Below are positions 53,422 to 64,000 of a DNA stretch of 64,000 bases, in pieces. The stretch comes from Phoronis australis. Lineage: Eukaryota > Animalia > Phoronida. The notes beneath the pieces were generated by a model that was given only the letters and a program-made list of their open reading frames with translations, did not search any database and was not told the origin of the DNA. The first letter of the stretch is position 1. Each line of letters starts with the position of its first letter. The position numbers and the translations under genes are program-made. The stretch lies in assembly GCA_002633005.1 (NCBI GenBank), contig NMRA01000013.1, positions 893,348-957,347 on the forward strand, written 5' to 3'.

Positions 53422-54000
53422 AGTTAAAAGTTATGTAGCGCTTATAACCATTTACATTATTGGCGTTTCTGCTACTAGTGAAAGTGCTTGCACCGTATGT
53501 TGAAACGCTAGAATTTTTAGTCAGTTTGTGAATGGAGTATCAGTAGGATTAAGATTGTCACAATTAGAAAATAATAATAGCAACCTTCGTCACCAAGCAT
53601 CAATGTACTGCGATTTTACTGTTCTGGCTGTAATTCTGATCTTGATGATGAACTAAATGTGATATGGCAACTGCACTGTAGTGTGTTAACAAGTTTTGTA
53701 TTTGATTGCAAACAGTTTTAATGCTACCCAACATGCCACCTGTGGCTCTGGAGTTCAAGGGTAAGGTGCCGACTACTGATTGAATTACTGCATTCTACTG
53801 GTGGTCCTGATGGCTCACCTGCACGGCTAGCAAAAGGAGCCGGGTCCAAGTCCTGGTTAGGGAAGAAATCTTTTCAGACTTATATTCATAAGGTCACATG
53901 GTGTGGCCACAGGTGACGTGTTGACCAGACTCCAGAAAATGTTTGCGATCTGTATTTTCCGCACACATTAACATAATTTCTGTGCTAAATTTGTTTACAG

Positions 54001-54082
54001 ATTACAAGCCTTTTCAAATCACCTTGACAACACACTTGGACAGTACCTCGACGATGCAATGGGCAAGACATTTCTGGAAAAG
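54001..54082 (+). CDS. CACNA2D: Exon 2 of voltage-gated calcium channel alpha2/delta-family gene
   Basis: Acceptor GCTAAATTTGTTTACAG, donor AAG|GTTTGA; 82 nt, phase 2 to 0. Encodes (R)LQAFSNHLDNTLGQYLDDAMGKTFLEK, which aligns by eye to the alpha2/delta N-terminal helix (human CACNA2D1 [27 protein letters not shown], 27 residues, recalled). Symbol is family-level only. Confidence 0.72.
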
Positions 54083-54149
54083 GTTTGAGTTTGTGATGCT
54101 GGAACCACGTCATATTTCTTATTGATACTATGTATATTGCTGGATTCCA

Positions 54150-54541
54150 TTTAAATGATAAAAATATTGAGAAAAGATACGTTTTGGAACCAAAGAAATT
54201 GTACCTTGCGTAGAATGTGTGATGGGATTTATGAATACAAATGTGATGAGTGTTACGACAACTACGTCGGAGAGACATGTCACCAGTTATCGACTATGGT
54301 TAAGGATCATTGTAACACCAACCTGAAACCTATTACTGTTGTACAAGAGCATGCCAGAGACTTACATCACCAGATCTCTGATGAAGACTTTAGTATATTG
54401 GGTCTACACCCGCATAAGTAGAGACGCAAGATACGAGATGCTATTGAGATTCAAGTCCATAGAAATAGTCTAAACAAAGACCCAGGACTTTACTTACCTG
54501 CGGTGTATTTAGATTTGTTGCGAGATTCCCCCCGATACTAG
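54150..54541 (+). mobile_element. Penelope-like retroelement 3' fragment (GIY-YIG endonuclease remnant)
   Basis: GIYEYKCDECYDNYVGET...KDH...VQEHA...HQISDEDFSIL...*RRKIRDAIEI...SLNKDPGLYLPAVY, with an in-frame stop at 54419. Confidence 0.85.
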
Positions 54542-55702
54542 CGAATCTCCGAGACTGTTTTTATTGTTTTATTCTACAATGTCAGAGGGCGCACCGGGTG
54601 GTGAAACAAATCCGTGAGATATGGGCGAAATGGCTGTACACATTCTATACAAGATACGGTTGCTTTAGTTCCCAAAGGCATCTTATCAGTTGAATATTTC
54701 TTATTGATAAACAAGTTAATGTAGTTATTTTCAAGCTCTGTAAATGCACCAATCGGCTTACAGCAATAAGTGTTTTGATTTTGATTTCGTCTGGTGTATG
54801 GTAAAAACTCACCAGTGTAGGTCATAATATGTTGGACAGGTGAAATTTTATTTTGTCATTTTTTCTGCACATGTAAATTATATGCGGGACCAGTTCTGTG
54901 CCATAGCTACGAACAGACAATATTTCGAAAAAAATTGTGCATTCACAACAATGTTAACAGCGCTTGAGAAATGGAAAAAGTTTCATTTTGACAATTATTT
55001 TTGCTTAATCTAGTGAGATCTCCTGAGATGTTTATTGATTTTGTGGCCGAGTACATTAATTTACGTAGATGAGTGCGTATAATCCGCGTTTTAGCTCCTG
55101 GCTGTCCCTAGAGTTGCGCTAGAATCTCAAGTTCAGACTTGGACTTTGAGTTACATACTCATCTCAAATGATCAAACTTGAAGACACTTATGCATTGCTT
55201 TTACTTCATAATTTTAGGATTTTTCCTAGGAGCCATTGGCCCCTAAAAATAATTTAGGGGCGCGAGACAGGTCACAAGAAAATGCCACAGACACCACAGG
55301 CAATCCGTCTTACTAAGATATCTTTGCGAACCATGCAGTACATGCAAAATTAATTATGGCTTTTCCCGTCCCTTGTAAGCGCATTCTGCTGCCCGTTCTT
55401 GCCGCTGGTTAAATATTGGCTCACATAATTATGCACTGTAAATTACTGAGAATGGATTCCTTATGTCTTTATAGTCTACAGTCGCTCAAAAACATTAATA
55501 GACTTACCGGCAATGTGACTGTTGCTGCTTTGTTTTGAGAGCAGACGGATTGGTTCATTGTCATTTTAGAATCATCCACAGTCTGTTATAGCGGCAGTTT
55601 GTAGGCTGTTTTTTCCTACAGGAAGCATCCTCCTCAGTAAAGTCAGTAGTGAAGTAAAATCTTGGTAAATCAGAAGGCCTTTTGAACATTTTTTCGGAAT
55701 TA

Positions 55703-55830
55703 GAGGAGGCAGTGTGGCCTAGTGTAATAGGTCCCCGCTCTCTTTTCTCGGTTTGAGTCCCACTGGGTCACACTGCTAAAGCCTTAAGCAAGGTCTCTGG
55801 CTCTTCACCTGGGTTTTAACCTTATATTAA
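55703..55830 (+). mobile_element. Degenerate tRNA-derived SINE head
   Basis: A-box-like TGGCCTAGTG (55715), B-box-like GGTTTGAGTCCC (55750), then CCTTAAGCAAG as in many SINE bodies. Confidence 0.45.
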
Positions 55831-56302
55831 TAAAGCATAAAAATGGTTCCTGATGATCAGTGCAATGGGCCCACATGCACGGCCTGCGCACGTCGGATAC
55901 AACGTGTATCGGACTGCCTACAATTATTTTTTTATATTTTTCGGAATGTCCTAAGCTTAACAAGGTGGAAGTGAATATCACGTTTGTTGGCCAATGAGAA
56001 GCGAAGGAAATGAGTTGTGGCCGAGCTGGGTCACCAAATAGATAAACAGGAAGTTCAAAAGCTGCAATCAAATCGTAGGCTAGTAGAAACAATGTTCTGA
56101 AATTATATTTGATCGCAAGTCCATTTGTTTAGGCGCTAGTTCAGTATATAACTAACTGAATAACAAAACTTCCAAAATTTCTCGAATCCTCAGGAGTTTG
56201 AAAACTTCAGTTCATGACATTTCATGACTTTCGTGGTCATAATTAAAGCGCAACCTTTGCCTTTTATGCATTTGATGAGTTTTAAGACTTCTCGCTTTCC
56301 AG

Positions 56303-56422
56303 GAGTATGATAAGGTCCGCAAAGACGTGACCTTCTATGACCTTGAGCCAGCGAAGCTTCTTGACAAGATGGCTGAAAAACTTGGCTACGAGGTGCTTGG
56401 CAAGAAAAGGAGTGCGCTTCAG
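56303..56422 (+). CDS. CACNA2D: Exon 3 of voltage-gated calcium channel alpha2/delta-family gene
   Basis: Acceptor CTTCTCGCTTTCCAG, donor CAG|GTAGTA; 120 nt, phase 0-0. EYDKVRKDVTFYDLEPAKLLDKMAEKLGYEVLGKKRSALQ resembles CACNA2D3 KYKEYEKDVAIEEIDGLQLVKKLAKNMEEMFHKKSEAVR (recalled). The gene continues beyond the window. Confidence 0.78.
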
Positions 56423-59403
56423 GTAGTATTCAATTTGTTACATACTACGTACTTTGCAAACGGCAGGCAATCATGTAATGGTTTAGTTTTAATTAATATG
56501 TTGATGGTGAATATTGATATTTAAAGGTCATGTTCAGCTTTCGGACAGAATGTTGTTATACAAGTAATGTTGTGCCCCGAACATGGTTGCAATAACCTGG
56601 AAATCAATTTTCCTGGAAAACGGTGTGCGCTGTGACCAAAAACTTGTCGAAGCCGATGTTTTTCAAAGTGTGCTAGCATAGTATTTGGAGGAAATCCTGA
56701 AAGAAAAAGCATTTCAAAATCTGTCGGTGAGTCACTGCCGTCAGACAGTCAATGAGCGATATTATTAACTTGGTTAATGTCTTCAGTCATCCGAATCTTA
56801 GAAAGACACATGAAATTTTGTCACGAACTGGAAACAATATTTGACAGCATGACCGATGTTGCGTCCTTGTGCGCAGTACTTAATGCCAGCTGCTGACAAT
56901 CTCTTAAAGTGGCATTTTCCTACTCCTGACTAGATATAACCATTCAATGACTGCACAGTTTTGCTTCTCAAGTACTTCTTTGACAGGTAAAAATGGCCAA
57001 CTTCAAAGTGTCACAAGATAAAAACAACAAATAATGCAAAAATGACATCGATGTGACCCATTTCTGACCAGTGGAAAACGAGAAATGTTCACACTTTGAG
57101 TTATTTTACCACTCATTTGTGTGACCTTTGCAAACTTAAATGAAAACATTTGATGAATGTCCTATGGTAACACCTCATTACCTAAACAGCAAGAATTGTT
57201 CTCTTACACGTCATATGTTGGTCACCGCTTGTGACCCATGGTTCAGGTTGAAAAGATCTCTGTCGCGACCAATGCACGAACTCTGAATTTTGTCCAGGTG
57301 CTCTAGTCCACTGTTGATTGTTATCCTATCAGACTTCATATGAGGCTTCTTGCCTGAACTTTTGAGTGGAAATAATGTTTTGTTATCAAACAACGTATTA
57401 CACCTTCAAGCTCTGGTTGGGACCGAGATCTCAACTCTTCGCACTGAAGTAATAGGCCATGGGAAGTGACCAGCACATGGTATGTAATAGACTAATAATT
57501 CCTACTCATACCACGTGAACGCGCTGATTTATAGAGTACATTAATTTGTTAAGCAATCTTCAGCAAATTGTACACTGAACAATCTTCCATTGCCTCCGTT
57601 GAACAAGTGACCATGACACCAATGACATGTTCTCTCGGGAATCTGCACAGTGCATACATACCATTAGAACTCGTCGTACATTGGACGGTGAATGATTAGT
57701 TACTATGCATGTGCATATTATTTTTCACGAGATGCACAGCTTTAAGGTAATGCCACTTCTTGGATAGTACACACATCTCATAGTTTTAAGCTGTGAGCTG
57801 TAATTAAGCTGAAAAGCTTCATTAACAAAAAGCAATTAATTACAGATCAAGAGTATAATGGAAAATATTCTATTACAGGTCTTTTCCTTCCATAGCCTTT
57901 AAGCTTAATTAGCTCTTTATCATAGATGACCAATATTAAAGTCCACAGAATAGAATTCCACCATATGGCTGGCCATATTCAATTCCACCAAAGGACAAAA
58001 GGTCCGTTTCATGAAAGTGACTGTTGGTGGCACTCAACAGTGTTTGCTGATTGTGAGCTTGAAAAACCAAGTCTAAGCAGCTGGGTATACAGAACATAAC
58101 CTGAAAGTATGAACAGTATAATGGACCAAAGGCTTCAAAAACCTTGCAGAAAGTCTATTGGAACTGATAACAAAGGCGCAAGCGCAGTCGGCTGCTGAAT
58201 AATTGAATAAAGACAACCAAGTCCATTACGGTGTTTTCCCGTTGCTCCCAACTTGTTCGATTCTATAGCCCAACAACAAGTCGGGAAGATCACCCCTGTA
58301 GCCAATATCTTACACCACTGATTAACTCCATTCTGGCATTTATGGATGGAGGGCTGGCTCTCTTTTGTTCGATAATTGCTCTAATTTCCCATCAGATCCT
58401 ATCTAGCCTGACTGGGCTGTGCTGCTAAAAATGAAAGTTAAGTTATAACATATTTGAACATAAACCAATAGCATTTCTGAATTCCTTGTCAAATGCTGAT
58501 CATGTTTAGTTTTTGAATCACCAAAATCGCCCAACTACAACAGAAGATAAGACAATCCATTCTGCCAGGTTTCAGTAACCCTTTGAAGCCTGGGAGATAA
58601 GTGGCGTGCTTGTTGTCATACGGGACAAAAGACTGTGCTGGGCAGTTAACAAAGGAGCCAGATGTTATCCCAGGTTCAGGACCCCTCATGTCCGGAAAAG
58701 TTGCTGAACGACAGAACATCGTCATGTCAGCGATTTTCACCACTAAGCCATTTGCATGCGGTTACTACGAACTGAGAGGCAGTGTATTCAGACTGCCAAA
58801 ATTTTCCACATTACAGAAATCGGGTGAAAAATGGTGTACTTCAGCCAGATTTTTTACAAATCCAAAGGAAACAATATGGCCGAAAATTTTTTCCTCATTT
58901 TTCCAAGAAAGATACGTGGCACCAAATTAAATGATTTTTTCCTGTTCAGGGTTTGTACCACAACTACCGTCAAGCAAAGCTTTGAAAATTTGTTGGCATT
59001 CACAACAAGGTTAGAAGTCATTGAAAAAGGAAAAAAGGCATATTTGGCCATTATTTTTATCCGAATTTGGTGAGATTTTATCGTACTTTAATTTCTACTT
59101 CTTGCTCGCAAACAGTAAAGGTGTCAAGGGGTCAACCACTGGCACTCTTTCACATAGAATGGGCTAAATTATCAAGCAAATGCCATTCATAGCCTTCATA
59201 AGCATCACAAAACTGCAGGCGCCAATTCTTAATGAAGTTGGGGGAGGTAAATTCTGCCGCTGTTCAAAAGACCATCGAGTGCAACCAAGTAAATATTAGC
59301 ACATAGAAATTATTTATAGAAATTATCTTAGTTACTAAGAGTTATGTTTATATTCTCAGAGTCCTGGTACTTTTGCTCAATTGAGGTTTAATTATTTTTC
59401 TGA

Positions 59404-59477
59404 GACAGTTGTATGGAGTGCCTGTTAGACCAAATCTCTGACAGTTGTATGGAGTGCCTGTTAGACCAAATCCCTGA
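59404..59477 (+). repeat. 36-bp tandem duplication inside a Harbinger-type MITE remnant
   Basis: GACAGTTGTATGGAGTGCCTGTTAGACCAAATC occurs twice in tandem. Confidence 0.85.
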
Positions 59478-62358
59478 CTTATCATGAAATAGACCCCTGA
59501 ATAAAATTCTTTTACTATTGTAAAGCAAAATAAATCTGCCCGTCTTTGTAAAGAAGGTTGTTTTGTTTGACCAGAACATGGCTTATAGACACTTTAAAAT
59601 TGAGAGTAAAATTGTGTTACACGATGTTCTCTATCCATGTATATTTTCCGATCATTTTCTTCTGATAAATATAGTCTAAAACAAGATTTTATGTAATACA
59701 CTGGTTTATTGATTTTTGGGAGCAATTACTATTATTTTTTGTTTATTTTTAACATATGTGTTAGATTTAGTCACATTATCAGCGAGAAAAATGTGTTTTT
59801 GAGACCGGCCACATCACAGACTCAATCGTGGGACCATCGTAGTTGCAGATAAATGCTGTGCTGGTAGAGCTCAATACCACTCGATAAATTGCAAACAAAT
59901 TTAAGCATTATTTAACTGAAAGATTCAGAGGGTGTGATTTCAGCAAAGGTTTGCAGACAACCTTGAGAATTGTCAATTTGTGATCAAACCGCAAAAACAA
60001 GTTTACAGATTTTATCGCTATTTTACTCTAGTTGAAGCTAAGTATTTTAAACTGGCTATCCCATGCGATTCCTTCCCTGCCACAGGTTATTTGATGGAAA
60101 TGTGATAATTATGCCTTGCGTAGGCTTGATACGGAAATTATAGTAATATCCGATGGATCAGATGTGTACGGTAATTCATGTGGTTTTGAAATGATAATTC
60201 AAGATTGAAATGTCTGTCTGAGACTGGATTGCACTGAACGTAAACTTTGTTTCTGATCATATTCTAATTTTGATTTAAGCTCTACATAAAGTGTCCCATT
60301 GATTGCATTGTAAAGGCAGTATGAGAGGAGGGCTGACAAGAGAGAGAGAGAGAGAAAACATTACTTGAATAAAAAATATGAGAAATGAACTAGTGAAATA
60401 CATCAGTGTGTTGTCTGCCTGTGTGGGAAACACTTAGCAAAACTAATTTTTGAAAATGCACTTTCTTAGGAAAAACAACTTTTTGTTCTAAGCCACTTGC
60501 AGCTGTAAAAGTCGGTTATCGTTAGGTTCCTTATTTTTGTTCGAATTTGAGGAAACGTTACCCTAATTAAGTTACTTGTCATGATGGTTTAGTTTCAGTG
60601 ATGGAAGAGGTTTATCCATCGACGAAATTCCAGACATTTTATTGTTAGTATTTCATTTCAAACAAAAGGTAATAGTGAGCAGACGTTACAATGGAAGGTG
60701 AAACATGGAAGTAGAGTTCGTGAAAACAGCCATTTTAGACACCAAAATGTGGCTGATAGCATCTTTAGTGTAAGTGTTTGGGCCTAATACTACATGTGGT
60801 GTGAATAGCAAATAATTCTATAAAGTTCACTTGAATGGTCTTTCCATTTTGTGTTATAATTTCAGAGATTATTTTTTTTGAAATTTAGTATATTTTTGTA
60901 ATAATCCTTTTATAAAATCTTTGTTTTTTGTCATACAAAAACTATAACAAGGTTTACGTTATGTAGGAACCCAGACAATTGTCCACATTTGTGGCTAACT
61001 TTGGAACATCATGTCTCAGAAATGGCTGATCAGATTGATATGAAACTTTCAGGTAGTATAATGGTTGATACATTGTTCCCCAAAATGCTCATAGTAGGAT
61101 TTGTTTTAAAAATGTTCTACTTTTACATGTGGGGCTATTAAAAGAAGGACTTTTATAATTTTCACGAAAAAAAATCTAAAATAGTTGCATAAAACAAAAC
61201 AAAATTATATTTTTGAAAAGTAACTGTAACACAGCGTTATTGGAATCGCATCTTGAACATTTATATCAAATAAAATTTAACCATGTTATTGATACCATTG
61301 TTTTGCTATCAATGTACCTTTCTTGTTTGCTAAAAGACATGGTCACGTAATACAATTTGGGAAAGATTGGTTAAAAAAATCAAATTGTTCAAGGTTTTAC
61401 TTTGTTAGTAAGGTCCTGCGTAACCCTTGGCAACAAACTTTGACAACAATTTGAATTCCGGTAAAAATCCTTCACCTTGGGACACAATATGGCAAGATAG
61501 GTAGAATTTCATTTTGTCAAATTTTTCAACAAGAACAACTTTTCAGGAAAATATGCTTTGGTTTAAGAATGATTTGTGTGGTGTACCTATTTGCAGTGAT
61601 GTGATAACCCTTGATAAATGTCAATTTTAGGAATTCTTTTTGTCCCAAGTTGGAGAATATTTATTGTAGGTCATTCACCTCGGGCTGATTCATAGACATC
61701 TGATGCGTGCAACGATTGTGGGGAAAGTAGTTAGCTACTTGTCTGTAACTCAAGTATTAGTCAATTTTCTCTGTGATTTGTGCGAAAGTCTTTGGTTGAG
61801 AGAAATCCCTCTGTTGTTCATAAAAAGATGACGATGATAAAAAATGTTTACTTTCAGACAAAAAAGAATACAAAAAGAATACAAGCTAAAAGTGCCATTC
61901 TGAAGCATTTGAAAGGTTTATTTCGTGAACACTGCTGGAAATGCTAAGGGTGTACCATAAGTTATATGTTTACAGCTGTGTGGTATAAACATTGTTAAAA
62001 CATTTAACAAAAGGAAAGTTTCCTCCTTTCCTCCATATGGTGGCGGAAAATGATGGACTGAGATAGCTTGCCTTTATTCGGGTCTTCCAACTGAGCTGTA
62101 AAACGAGTTCATTATGAAACTGAGATCTGTTGTACATACTCTATCATGAGGGATGTGACCTCTTTCGTGGAAAGCAGACATTAGGTATTACTGGCTGCAC
62201 ATGTATGTGTTTGTCCGCCTAATGCATGTTAGCGTTTAGACTTTGCAGGAAATTGCATAAAAACCCACTTTGCTGTCTGTCTCCTTGAAGTGGCAGTCAG
62301 TGACGTTTTGTTGAAGCAGCCATATACCCACCTTCCTTCACAAAATGATTTTTTCATT

Positions 62359-62614
62359 TAGACCAATTACCATTCTGAAATTGGTTTCAAATTGTTTCTT
62401 TGTCAAACTGGAGGTGATATCTGGGCTTGGAAAGAGCTGACATTTCATTATCGCTCGAGATTAGACTCTACAAGTTGGCTTGTCATGGCTCATATTATGC
62501 TCCAAACCTGGTCTCGGGGAATAACCAACATGTCAGCTCTCCGCAAACCTTGAAATCACCTAAAATTTACCGAAGGAACAATCTGAGACCAATTTCGTAA
62601 TGGTAAGAGGTCTA
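62359..62614. mobile_element. Palindromic MITE with TAG...CTA termini (Academ-like ends)
   Basis: TAGACCAATTACCATTCTGAAATTGGTTTCA ... TGAGACCAATTTCGTAATGGTAAGAGGTCTA. Related fragments at ~16640-16716 and ~7785-7830. Confidence 0.55.
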
Positions 62615-63664
62615 CGTCAAAATTTATTTTATTTTGCGATGCACGATGTGCCACTTTAACTGTAACTTGAGATTTGAACATTATCCCATGATGTCTAAAT
62701 AACATAGAAGTCAATTCACAAGAAGGGAATATGTAACTGCCTAAGTCATGAGGATCAATGCTTCTGAGAATAATTTTATTTTATTTTTAGATCTTACCAA
62801 TTGAGGTTAGAATGTGTTGAGCAAGTGAAATTTTATTTTCTCATATTTCATAAAAGATATACAGTACCAAAGTAATGAATTGCCAAGTCAAGCTCTGTAC
62901 GATAGCTGCTTATAGAAATTATATTTTGAAAAATTTGGGGTGGTCACAACAGCGTTTAAAACACTTGAAAAATGAAAAATTTATAATTTTCTTTGAAAGT
63001 GGCAAGATTTTACGGTAGATTGAACTTCTAAAAAATGCTATCGGGACGCGATGCTTGGGCATTATAAGTCCAACAAAACCCTGGTCAATAGAGGTGTTCT
63101 TGTGGAGGAATTAAAAATAATTGTTGACTGTACCCACTTAAGTCTTGATTTTCCCATTATGGGATTTGCTTAAGATCAGCACTGTCTCTTCCCCTGTGCA
63201 TTGCAGTATGTATTTAGAACCATTGATTTTGCATTAGGAGGATACTTGTGCTTTCTGGACACTATCGATTCCGCAAAATCTGAACATTGACTGTCTCTTA
63301 CATACTGCAATTTACGACTAATCAGCAGTGTAGTGGATAAACTCGTCTTGATTTAACAGATTTTACTTTACGCATGTTTATTTGCTCTAACGTATTAATC
63401 ATGCTATTATTATGGTTGCCTATTTATTATACCGTAAGTGGTCCTTGATTGAAGCTTGGTACTGTAGGGTTCTTAATAAGTGCCCTTGGTGTCTGTTCAT
63501 TCAAGTGGTCTTTAACTTCTTCATGGTTGGTCAAAATGAATTTATGGAGCCGTTCCTCGGCATTACAAGTTGTTTGATGGTCTAAATTTTGAATTGTACG
63601 TTGTTTTTTCCAAAAGTTGTAATTTTTGTTAAATAACAAAGAAGATAAATCTGAAAGTAAATGA

Positions 63665-63775
63665 AGTGATCTAGGTCCTCTGAAGGATACTAATATTTTC
63701 ACGAAAACAACAACGGATTTAAAACTTGACATGTTTCGGTGTCATTTATTAAACACCATCCTCAGAAGTCATAAT
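63665..63775 (-). mobile_element. Penelope-like terminal fragment
   Basis: Minus strand CTGAGGATGGTGTTTAATAAATGACACCGAAACATGTC: a CTGAxGA-stem-CGAAAC pattern, the hammerhead-like core typical of Penelope termini. Confidence 0.55.
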
Positions 63776-64000
63776 ACAGTGGCCACCTAGCTAGGCCCAG
63801 CAACAAGTAATGAAGCACAGATACAGTCAGTTACAGGGAGTGACAATGAACTATACCAACAATGACAACCTGTGGTGTGTCAGTTGCCTATTGAGATTGG
63901 GCTTGCACCAACTGATATGTAAAGCCTCACGAATTTTAAGCTCCTTTGTTGTTACTGCCTGGTCTATTATTGCAAAGTCATTGAAAGAGCACTGCTGATA

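Noticed and set aside
56423-64000. Exon 4 of the alpha2/delta gene
   Set aside because: The phase-0 acceptors I checked led to stops or unrelated peptides; it is probably beyond the window.

Overview
This is AT-rich animal genomic DNA, most likely from an invertebrate, with two N gaps and a dense load of transposon relics. Most entries in the ORF track are spurious. Two genes are supported. (1) An intronless, divergent family-1 uracil-DNA glycosylase on the + strand (ATG 8497 to 9222). (2) The first three coding exons of a voltage-gated calcium channel alpha2/delta-family gene on the + strand (15372-15454, 54001-54082, 56303-56422), with a ~38.5 kb first intron; the ORF track only partly catches exon 3. 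Mobile DNA includes Kolobok-type TTAA elements carrying a THAP remnant on one strand and a P2X7-ballast-like Cys-rich remnant on the other (one copy nested in another), and a palindromic Kolobok-like MITE. There are also three Helentron-associated (HINE/DINE-like) elements whose ~147-bp internal repeats each carry a CTCF-like motif, two inverted TA-TSD pogo/mariner-like copies (one inside a solo LTR), hAT MITEs with 8-bp and apparent 5-bp TSDs, a decayed hAT transposase, Penelope fragments, Harbinger-type MITEs and tRNA-derived SINEs. All family assignments come from motif recognition by eye; no database search was run. I see no clear-cut new multi-gene system. The best leads are the odd UNG, the THAP plus ballast-like Kolobok, and the CTCF-motif arrays.
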